Positions 56,607 to 64,000 of a DNA stretch of 64,000 nucleotides are shown here, one piece after another. A model generated the notes under the pieces. That model searched no databases, was not told the DNA's origin, and saw only the letters and a list, made by a program, of their open reading frames with translations. Every line of letters begins with the position of its first letter. Position 1 is the first letter of the stretch. Where the stretch lies: positions 56,534-120,533 of the forward strand of contig JAZOCB010000015.1 of the NCBI GenBank assembly GCA_045596265.1, in the 5' to 3' direction. Origin of the DNA: Christensenellaceae bacterium (lineage in GTDB: Bacteria > Bacillota > Clostridia > Christensenellales > Borkfalkiaceae). The position numbers were made by a program, and so were the translations under genes.

Positions 56607-57200
56607 TCATATATTATATTGTCCTGACCCTTTCATTATGGAAAATTTGCCGTTTTCCGACTTATAGATGGGTTTTTCCTTAACCGATCTTACGTACTTA
56701 ATGATGCCCTCGGCGATAATTTCAGCCATTTTATATATGGGCGCAAGGCGGGTGTAGTTCATAAAATAATTGTGCCCCTTGGATCTTGGCGACACTATGC
56801 CGATGATGGACCCATCCCCCATTTTTGGCAAGTTTTTATCTGCCCCAAGCCCCGGGCGTATCCCCTCGCCGCTGATTTTGACAATGCCCACGTCGCCGTC
56901 CTCACCCACCGCCGCATCAATGACCAAGGTCTTTGATAAGGGATGGGCAGCTTTTACAAAATCCTTCACCGACAAAATTTCCTTGGCGGTGATCGGGGTT
57001 GAGAGACTGCCGTAAACGTAAGCGTCAATATTGGCCTCCTTAAGCTTGGTGCCTATCATTGGCCCAAGGGCGTCGCCGATGGTTGCGTCCGTGCCCACGC
57101 AAATTATTACCGGCACGTAGGAATCGTAAATTTTATACAGTCCGTCCAGGACGCCAAGGCTTGCGGTGCGGTTGTTAACTTCAAAACAGTATTCTTGCAT
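56607..57200 (-). CDS. yyaC: Spore protease YyaC
   Basis: VIICVGTDATIGDALGPMIGTKL matches the YyaC/GPR-like endopeptidase signature. The gene is origin-proximal, as in B. subtilis. Confidence 0.8.
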   Translation of the reverse strand: MQEYCFEVNNRTASLGVLDGLYKIYDSYVPVIICVGTDATIGDALGPMIGTKLKEANIDAYVYGSLSTPITAKEILSVKDFVKAAHPLSKTLVIDAAVGEDGDVGIVKISGEGIRPGLGADKNLPKMGDGSIIGIVSPRSKGHNYFMNYTRLAPIYKMAEIIAEGIIKYVRSVKEKPIYKSENGKFSIMKGSGQYNI

Positions 57201-57331
57201 AGTTTGATTATTGCCATTTTTGTCAAGATTATACAGTGAAGATTTTTTTCGTCGCCTCAGAAAGCTTTTTTACTTAATCTATTGCCAAAGGCGCATTTTT
57301 TTGGTACAATATTTTAAAGGAGGTCTTTTAT

Positions 57332-58018
57332 ATGGTTAATACGTTTAACTCTATGGACACGATCGTGCTTCTTATTATTGTCGGGTTTTTGATTTACGGC
57401 CTGGCGCGTGGATTTATGAAGCAGGTTATCGGTCTGATTTGTATTGCGGCTTCATTTATCCTCGCTTATACCTTAAGCGGCGTCCTTTGTAACGCCATTT
57501 GCAACGGTACGACAATTGACGAAGGCCTTGCGACCTCTATAAGGGGGATCTTCTCTACCGTTGACGTAACAATCAATAAGGCTGACACCCTGGAAACTTT
57601 ATCCGTGCTTAACCTGCCGGAGTTTTTAAATTCCGCTATCTTAAAGTACGCCGAAAAAATCCCCTTTGATGAATTCAACCTTGCACAGATAATTTCCGAA
57701 ACGGTAACAAGATACGTTTTAAGCGGCGGCTCCTTTATGATAATACTTATCGTTTCAAGGCTGCTTCTTATCCTGGTCAAAAAATTACTTTCCTTCATCG
57801 TTGATCACACCCCCCTTAAGGTGGTTGACAGAATACTCGGCGCAGTGGTCGGTCTTGTGAAAGGTATATTGATAGTTTACCTTGGGGTATTCCTTTTAAG
57901 CGTTATACCCATTGAAGGATTAAACGGCGTGAAGGAGCTTCTCTCTACTTCCGTTATAGCGAACTTCTTTATGTCCTACAACTTGTTCGGTTGGCTTTTG
58001 GGCTTACTGTTTACATAA
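57332..58018 (+). CDS. cvpA: CvpA-family membrane protein
   Basis: N-terminal DTIVLLIIVGFLIYGLARGFMKQV plus four TM helices typical of CvpA. Confidence 0.75.
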   Translation: MVNTFNSMDTIVLLIIVGFLIYGLARGFMKQVIGLICIAASFILAYTLSGVLCNAICNGTTIDEGLATSIRGIFSTVDVTINKADTLETLSVLNLPEFLNSAILKYAEKIPFDEFNLAQIISETVTRYVLSGGSFMIILIVSRLLLILVKKLLSFIVDHTPLKVVDRILGAVVGLVKGILIVYLGVFLLSVIPIEGLNGVKELLSTSVIANFFMSYNLFGWLLGLLFT

Positions 58019-58041
58019 GGGCAACCTAAGCAAAATATTTT

Positions 58042-58080
58042 AAAGTCGGGCTTTTTGCGTCCGACTTTATTATTTTTATT
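58042..58080 (+). terminator. Terminator after cvpA
   Basis: AAAGTCGG-loop-CCGACTTT followed by ATTATTTTTATTT. Confidence 0.6.
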
Positions 58081-58175
58081 TAATAGTTCGCAAAATACCA
58101 AATTGGCGCAAGAAAATATTTATGCGCCAATTTGACTTTTTTAATCAAAAATCGGGCAAAAAAGAGCCTTCCGCT

Positions 58176-58198
58176 AAAATGAATTGTGAGAGAATGGC
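58176..58198 (+). repeat. 23-bp perfect inverted repeat, left arm
   Basis: AAAATGAATTGTGAGAGAATGGC is the exact reverse complement of 59475-59497. Confidence 0.95.
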
Positions 58199-58802
58199 TT
58201 AATTTTTTCACGGGTCAAATTTTGTCCATTCTCTCTGGCGAAAAACACCGTTTTTGGTCGAAAATTTAGTATTTTTTTGATATTTTGAAGTTTTTTCGCT
58301 GAGGGAAGTAGCCCCACGGCTCACCGGTTAGGAATCCCCTAATAAAGCCAAAAACTACCAAAGAAAAGGACTTATCTTAAAAGCTTGGGGTAAAGGTGTG
58401 TGCTGACGTCTGATATGATAAAGTTTTATGACAAATATTTGCTAAAATTGCGCAAATAAAAGTTCTTGCGCCAATTTAATAAATTGAACAATAATCAGAT
58501 TTAAAGCCTGGCGGTATGCATATTTTTTATTAAAAATATTCAGCAAAGATCAAATTTGCCCCAAAAAGCGGCTTAAAATTTCCGTGAAACATTTCCCCTC
58601 CCCCATACTACTTTTAAAAATTAATTCAAACCTTAATTATGCTTGATTTTAACCCAAAATGGCCTGAAGTCGGGCAAAAAATGGCCAAAAATGGGCCAAA
58701 ATCAGGGATAAAAATGCTTAAGTTTTAAGCAAAAATTTCTTCAAAATTAGCCCATCTTTTGCTTTTGTGAAACATTTCGGGTTTTTGAGGGGATTTTTTT
58801 GA

Positions 58803-58818
58803 TGTTTCACGTGAAATT
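58803..58818. promoter_or_regulatory. parS-like site (14/16)
   Basis: TGTTTCACGTGAAATT versus the Firmicutes parS consensus TGTTNCACGTGAAACA. Confidence 0.65.
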
Positions 58819-58892
58819 TTAGCGCATAAATATTAATATAGGGTGCATAAATATTAATAAATTACGTTCAATGTGTGCACAGTACATTAAAT

Positions 58893-58906
58893 AGAACATA
58901 TGTTCT
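58893..58906. promoter_or_regulatory. LexA (Cheo/SOS) box candidate
   Basis: AGAACATATGTTCT is a perfect palindrome containing GAAC-N4-GTTC (Gram-positive consensus CGAACATATGTTCG). Confidence 0.55.
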
Positions 58907-58927
58907 AATTATATATGGCGCAAAAAC

Positions 58928-58943
58928 TGTTTCACGTGAAACA
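58928..58943. promoter_or_regulatory. parS centromere site (perfect 16-bp palindrome)
   Basis: TGTTTCACGTGAAACA matches TGTTNCACGTGAAACA at all defined positions. parA/parB lie 4 kb downstream. Confidence 0.85.
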
Positions 58944-59202
58944 TGGTTGATGCTATAAGGTGTGATTAGGCTAAAATATGCCAAAAGCCACTTTAAATAG
59001 CGTAGGTGGCGATAAAAACGGCTAAAGCCTGATGACTTGTTGGCGGATAAGAGAGTGTCTGGTGTTGGTTTTAGGCTTAATTGACGATATGATAGAATAA
59101 ATGGGACGTAATATGATATTATGATCAGGTTAAGACGTTGGCTTATAAAAATCCCAATGGATTGTGGCGAGGGGCGGCGAAAACGGCTCGGTTAAAATCA
59201 AA

Positions 59203-59225
59203 GCCATTCTGTTAGAATTCATTTT
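59203..59225 (+). repeat. Third, diverged copy of the 23-bp repeat (same orientation as the right arm)
   Basis: GCCATTCTGTTAGAATTCATTTT versus GCCATTCTCTCACAATTCATTTT. Confidence 0.7.
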
Positions 59226-59474
59226 AAAATCAGGCCATATTTGACGAATTTTGACTTAATTTAAGGAAAAGCCAACTTTGGTTAACGTCTTAACGTTGTC
59301 ACTTTCCGTCGCCTTAATAAGCTTGGATAGAGGGAGTGTTTGTTAGGCTGCTTGTTTGTGTTAGCAGGTAGCAAGAGGGCATTTTGAAGCGTGAACTTCA
59401 TTTTGTCTTATTATGAGAAAAAATATCGACAAATTATGACAAAATTGCTTAAATTTCAGTCTGGAAATATTACG

Positions 59475-59497
59475 GCCATTCTCTCACAATTCATTTT
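59475..59497 (+). repeat. 23-bp perfect inverted repeat, right arm
   Basis: GCCATTCTCTCACAATTCATTTT. Confidence 0.95.
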
Positions 59498-60647
59498 AAC
59501 GGACGTTGAAAAATAAGTTAATTTAAGGACTTTTTTTTAAATATTGATTTGTTGCGCCTATCATTTTTTGCGTCTTTTTTTGCTTAAAGTTTGGTTGGCG
59601 CGTTGATTTCAGGACAAATAGAAAAGCAATCAAAGGGCGTTCCGCAGCCACGGTAACCTCTTAAGCTTGACGGTGGGTAAAAAATGTAATAGTCAGTAAA
59701 AAATTGATAGTAATTTGAGTTAGGTACTTCAAAATTTATTGATTCCGGGGGGGGGATAGTTTATATTTTAGCTAAATAAGCTTAAAAAGCTCTTCTGATA
59801 GGGCGCTTGGTTCAGTTTTGTCCGCGGATCCTCTTAATTTTACCGCAATTATGGTTAATAGGTTAATATGTAGGGGAATATACTATAAATTGCATGATAA
59901 TATCACAATATCTCGGCTTTTATATTGAAAAACGGTACGTTATCATATAATTAATATAAAAACCGGCGTTTTGTGACGTTTGTTCTGATTTTAATTAATA
60001 ATATTAGAATTTAGGTGTTTTTTCTTCAAATATGGCAATATTTATCACGCTTTATTGTTTTTTAGATAATTTACCTTGTTTTTGTTGATTTTTTTATAAA
60101 TTCAGGCAAAATTGGCGGTAAATTGAGGTTTTTTATAATATTTGCATCAAAATCCTTATTTCATAAGTAAAATCTTATGTAAGACTAAAATATCCTTGAT
60201 TTTTGACAAAAATAATGGATTTTAAGGGAATTTTGCCCGGTAAATCAATATATCGGCTGATTTTAAATAAAAAACCGTATAAATCCGTTATTTCCTATAA
60301 AACTGCGTAAAAAGACCGTCAATTTGTTCAAAAACCACCCAAAAATCCCGATTTTTCCTTTAAAACCCCCCTTTTTTATCAATTTTTGGTTAAAAGAAGC
60401 AGGTTTTGCTATCACTTAACGGAGATGATTTTTACTTAAAATAAAGGCTGCTTTTCTAAAAAAGATATTAACATTTTGTGTATAATTATAAATTTTGAAA
60501 TTTGCATCTAAATCTATAAGTCGATTAACAATTTTGATAATGTATAAATATGCAATTATGGTTAATATTTGATAAAAAATGGCAAAAATAAGGGTTATTT
60601 AGCCAAAAATGCGGATATTTTTCCGAAAAAAGAAGTGAAAAAATTTT

Positions 60648-60675
60648 AAAAAAGTTGGCCAATAAGCCGATTATC
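60648..60675 (+). repeat. Dispersed repeat family copy
   Basis: AAAAAAGTTGGCCAATAAGCCGATTATC. Confidence 0.7.
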
Positions 60676-60927
60676 GTCACTTTTTGCAAAATTTTACAAA
60701 TAATTTCACAGCGGAAAATTTTGCCAATTTTGCCATAAAAAATTTGATATTTGATGCTAAATCCGTTCAAAAATTTTTTTCTTTTTTTCACATGTGAAGA
60801 TTTTTCCAAAAAATAATGATAATTGAAAAATCGCCGCAAATTTTTATAAATTAATTTGCTAAAAATATTTATGTATGATACAATTATTAATACTAAATTT
60901 AATATCTACCAGTTATTGGAGGAATAA

Positions 60928-62970
60928 ATGAAGAATTTCGGCAAAATTTTAATATGGCTCGTCATAATTGTTCTCGTCGGGCTACTTGCGGCGACCTATT
61001 TGTACGACCACACTTCTGATTTGTCAACCTTCTGGGAATCCGCCGGTGTCGTCTTCGTTGACGACGTTGACAGCTACCGCAAAGGTGATAATTACGTTTT
61101 AAAGGGAAAGGGTGAAGACGGTGCAGACATTACCGCCACCGTCCAGTACGTTTCCTATGAGGACAGCTATATCGTTCTCGACCACAGGGAGATCAACAAG
61201 GTTTACGTTGACGCATACAAAATCAAGGGCTACATGGATAAGCAGCTTAAGGTTGAAGCTAACTTTAACCGCGCCGACTATGAGTTTGACGTTATCAAGA
61301 TGCTTCAGGCCTGCGGCTTAAAGCTTGAGGCAAGCGATCCCAACCAGGGCTCCTTCTGGTCGGATATGCTTATGCCCCTTATGACCCTTGGTATCGGCAT
61401 ATTTATTATCGTGCTTTTCATCCGCCAGGCAAAGGGCGCCAACAGCGGCGCAATGGACTTCGGTAAAACAAAGGCTCAGGTCATCACCAATATTAAGGTA
61501 AGATTTTCCGATGTTGCCGGCGCAGAAGAAGAAAAGCAGGAGCTTCAGGAGGTCGTTGAATTTTTGAAGAACCCTCAAAAGTTTACGGCGCTTGGCGCAA
61601 GGACGCCAAAGGGCGTGCTTCTCGTCGGTAATCCCGGTACGGGTAAGACCCTCTTTGCCAAGGCAGTTGCAGGTGAGGCAAGCGTACCCTTCTTCTCCAT
61701 AAGCGGCTCCGACTTTGTTGAAATGTTCGTCGGCGTAGGCGCATCAAGGGTAAGGGACCTGTTTAACACGGCCAAAAAGAACCAGCCCTGTATTATTTTT
61801 ATTGACGAGATCGACGCGGTCGGCCGTCAGCGTGGCGCAGGTCTTGGCGGTGGCAACGACGAAAGAGAGCAGACCTTAAACCAGATCCTCGTTCAGATGG
61901 ACGGCTTCGAAAGCAACGACGGCATAATCGTTATGGCGGCCACCAACCGTGCCGACGTATTAGACCCAGCCCTCATAAGGCCGGGCAGGTTCGACAGGAC
62001 CATTTACGTCAACATGCCCGACGTCAAGGGTCGTGAGGCTATTTTAAAGGTCCACGCACGCAACAAACCCCTGGCCCCTGACGTAAACTTCAAGGTGCTT
62101 GCCCGTATGACGGGCGGCTTCTCGGGCGCAGATCTGGCGAACCTTTTAAACGAGGCCGCTATCCTTGCCGCAAGACAAAACAGGAAATTTTTGACCAATG
62201 AAGACCTTTACGAGGGTATCAATAAGGTTCTTTTAGGCCCACAGAAGCGTTCAAGGATCGTCACCGAAACCGACAAGCGCATCACCGCCTACCACGAATC
62301 CGGTCACGCAATATTAGCAGGGCTTTTACCCGGCTGTGACCCCGTACATGAGGTATCAATAATCCCAAGGGGTGCCGCAGGCGGCTACACCATGACCCGC
62401 CCCGACAACGACGACGCCTACCTTGCAAAATCAAGGCTTTTAGACGATCTGGTAATGACCATGGGCGGCCGCGCCGCTGAGGAGATCATCATCCACGAGG
62501 TAACCTCCGGCCCCAGCGCAGACATCACCCACGTCACCAAGATCGCCAAGCGTATGGTTACCGAATGGGGTATGAGCGAAAGGCTTGGCCCCGTATGCTA
62601 CGGCAGCGGTACGGAGATCTTCCTCGGCCGCGACTATCAGACCAAGGCCGACTACAGTGAGGAAACCGCAAAGCTTATCGACAGCGAGGTCCAGAGGATC
62701 ATTAACGAAAGCTATAAAAAGGCAGTTGAGCTTTTAACCGCCAATAAAAATCTTCTCGACACCATGGCAAGGGTCCTTATCGAAAGGGAAACCATCTACA
62801 CCGACGAGGTAAGGATGATCATGGACGGCAAGTCCGCCCAGGAGGTAATGGACGCCATGGACAGCAAGGATAAAAGTTCGGGATCAAACCCCTTCAGCCG
62901 TATGGAAAGCTCTTTAAATAAGAGCGACGACGACGGGCTTGTAAAACCCGACGGCACACTTAATCATTAA
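60928..62970 (+). CDS. ftsH: ATP-dependent zinc metalloprotease FtsH
   Basis: AAA+ Walker [12 protein letters not shown], Zn motif HESGHA. GGAGG RBS. Confidence 0.97.
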   Translation: MKNFGKILIWLVIIVLVGLLAATYLYDHTSDLSTFWESAGVVFVDDVDSYRKGDNYVLKGKGEDGADITATVQYVSYEDSYIVLDHREINKVYVDAYKIKGYMDKQLKVEANFNRADYEFDVIKMLQACGLKLEASDPNQGSFWSDMLMPLMTLGIGIFIIVLFIRQAKGANSGAMDFGKTKAQVITNIKVRFSDVAGAEEEKQELQEVVEFLKNPQKFTALGARTPKGVLLVGNPGTGKTLFAKAVAGEASVPFFSISGSDFVEMFVGVGASRVRDLFNTAKKNQPCIIFIDEIDAVGRQRGAGLGGGNDEREQTLNQILVQMDGFESNDGIIVMAATNRADVLDPALIRPGRFDRTIYVNMPDVKGREAILKVHARNKPLAPDVNFKVLARMTGGFSGADLANLLNEAAILAARQNRKFLTNEDLYEGINKVLLGPQKRSRIVTETDKRITAYHESGHAILAGLLPGCDPVHEVSIIPRGAAGGYTMTRPDNDDAYLAKSRLLDDLVMTMGGRAAEEIIIHEVTSGPSADITHVTKIAKRMVTEWGMSERLGPVCYGSGTEIFLGRDYQTKADYSEETAKLIDSEVQRIINESYKKAVELLTANKNLLDTMARVLIERETIYTDEVRMIMDGKSAQEVMDAMDSKDKSSGSNPFSRMESSLNKSDDDGLVKPDGTLNH

Positions 62971-62972
62971 TC

Positions 62973-62999
62973 AAAAATCCGCCTATAAGACGGTTAAAC
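62973..62999 (+). repeat. Dispersed repeat family copy directly after the ftsH stop
   Basis: AAAAATCCGCCTATAAGACGGTTAAAC. Confidence 0.7.
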
Positions 63000-63069
63000 G
63001 GCAATTTTTGGCAGGGGCCCAACAAAAATAAAGGGCCTTTGCCCCGCAAAAGAAAACGAGAGGTGCAAA

Positions 63070-63843
63070 ATGGGCAGAATAATTGCAATATCCAACCAAA
63101 AAGGCGGCGTCGGTAAGACGTCGACCTGCATTAACTTCGCCGCAGGCCTTGCCCTTAAGGGCAAAAAGGTCCTCGTTTGCGATATGGACGCCCAGGGCAA
63201 CGCTACCACGGGCCTTGGCATATCCAAAAGCGAGCAGAGAAAGAGCGTTTATGACGTTCTGATCAATGAAGTTCCTGCAAAAAGCGTGATCGTCCCCACC
63301 AAGGTGGACAATTTATCCGTTTTGCCATCAAGCATTGATCTTGCCGGTGCCGAGGTAGAGCTTGTTTCCCTTAAAGGTCGTGAAAAACGTTTAGCGTATG
63401 CACTTTCCAAGGTCAAGGACGAGTACGATTATATAATTATCGACTGCCCGCCGGCCATAGGGCTTCTCACCATAAACGCCCTTACGGCGGCTGACGGGGT
63501 GCTTATTCCCATCCAAAGCGAGTATTACGCATTGGAGGGCTTAAGCCAGCTTGTAAACACCATCAAGCTTGTCGTCAAGGCATTAAATCCAAGCCTTACC
63601 CTTGAGGGCGTGCTTATAACCATGTACGACGGCCGCGCGCTTATATCCCGTCAGATCAAGGCGGAGATTGAAAGCTATTTCGGGGACAAGGTCTTTGATA
63701 CGGTCATTCCCAGAAACATCCGCGTGTCTGAGGCCCCCAGCTACGGCGTGCCCGTAATGATACACGACAAGCGCTGCCGCGGCGCGCAGGGCTACGTTGC
63801 CTTCGTTGAGGAATACCTTTCAAAGGGCGGTAACCAAATTTAA
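63070..63843 (+). CDS. soj: Chromosome partitioning ATPase ParA/Soj
   Basis: Deviant Walker A NQKGGVGKTST. Full-length ParA pattern. Confidence 0.95.
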   Translation: MGRIIAISNQKGGVGKTSTCINFAAGLALKGKKVLVCDMDAQGNATTGLGISKSEQRKSVYDVLINEVPAKSVIVPTKVDNLSVLPSSIDLAGAEVELVSLKGREKRLAYALSKVKDEYDYIIIDCPPAIGLLTINALTAADGVLIPIQSEYYALEGLSQLVNTIKLVVKALNPSLTLEGVLITMYDGRALISRQIKAEIESYFGDKVFDTVIPRNIRVSEAPSYGVPVMIHDKRCRGAQGYVAFVEEYLSKGGNQI

Positions 63844-63866
63844 TTTCACCAAGGAGGGATAAACAT

Positions 63867-64000
63867 ATGGCAAAAGGATTGGGCAAGGGCTTTGCAGCCC
63901 TTTTAGCAGACACTCAGGAGGATTATAGCAGGTTTTCCTTTGAAAGCCTTGGCGCCGAGGGTGAGGAGATTAAAAACAGTGTTATAGAAATCAAGATCGA
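63867..64000 (+). CDS. spo0J: ParB/Spo0J, N-terminal fragment running off the right edge
   Basis: ATG 63867 follows AGGAGGG. MAKGLGKGFAALL is the typical ParB N-terminus. It lies downstream of soj. Confidence 0.8.
   Translation, partial: MAKGLGKGFAALLADTQEDYSRFSFESLGAEGEEIKNSVIEIKI

Larger units (their letters stand above)
58019..60927. other. 2.9-kb ORF-free, AT-rich, repeat-dense non-coding region
   Basis: No ORF of 60 aa or more in any frame, except one low-complexity ORF (60525..60839). It contains parS sites, a LexA-type box, inverted and direct repeats, and one dispersed-repeat copy. Confidence 0.85.

Noticed and set aside
58176-59497. Interpretation as an intact insertion sequence
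   Set aside because: The 1.3-kb interior has no transposase-length ORF in any frame, and there is no flanking target-site duplication. It is kept only as one hypothesis for a decayed or non-autonomous element.
60525-60839. 104-aa ORF on the minus strand inside the ORF-free region
   Set aside because: It has low-complexity Phe/Ile/Lys-rich translation of AT-rich DNA, no RBS, and spans a dispersed-repeat copy. It is most likely a chance ORF.
58019-60927. Considered the ORF-free region as the replication origin or as an rRNA/RNase P/tmRNA/SRP locus
   Set aside because: No 9-mer within one mismatch of TTATCCACA was found there. None of the universal rRNA, RNase P (GGAAAGTCC), tmRNA or tRNA-like (GGTTCGAATCC) signatures are present.

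Overview
This window looks like the origin-proximal part of a Firmicutes (Clostridia-like, spore-former-type) chromosome. Calls rest on motif recognition by eye; no searches were run.

Backbone genes:
- dnaN, rpmH-rnpA-yidD-yidC-jag, rsmG, lgt, truA
- ecfA1-ecfA2-ecfT, gltX, radC, yyaC, cvpA, ftsH, soj/parA-spo0J/parB
- rplM-rpsI, GTP-type PEP carboxykinase, L-serine dehydratase
- an OmpR/HK two-component pair
- a GPH-symporter / MglB-like lipoprotein / GH2 sugar operon
- veg and a Spo0A-like regulator

Visibly AT-richer accessory segments:
1. A type I R-M operon (hsdR' M S) with two extra uncharacterised genes (DUF3800-like plus a 264-aa unknown).
2. A 3.3-kb three-gene cassette (two long XRE-HTH proteins plus a 128-aa protein) bracketed by perfect 34-bp direct repeats.
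3. An RHS/YD-repeat polymorphic-toxin locus. It has a translationally coupled GT92-like glycosyltransferase, a glycine-zipper membrane-type C-terminal domain and two tandem paralogous immunity-like genes.
4. A tandem pair of small polytopic membrane proteins.
5. A 2.9-kb ORF-free, repeat-dense region upstream of ftsH. It carries a perfect and a near-perfect parS site, a Gram-positive-type LexA box and a 23-bp perfect inverted-repeat pair.

Other notable non-coding structure:
- An incC-like replication-origin unwinding module (DnaA boxes, DnaA-trios, AT tract) lies directly upstream of dnaN, although dnaA is absent from its usual place.
- Three perfect DnaA boxes with 31-bp phasing lie upstream of sdaA.
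- Two arrays of 11-bp phased repeats with 0A boxes lie upstream of the spo0A-like gene.
- A dispersed ~27-bp repeat family (consensus AAAAAGTCGGCCTATAAGCCGATTATC) has about 18 copies.

No rRNA, tRNA or CRISPR array was recognised.
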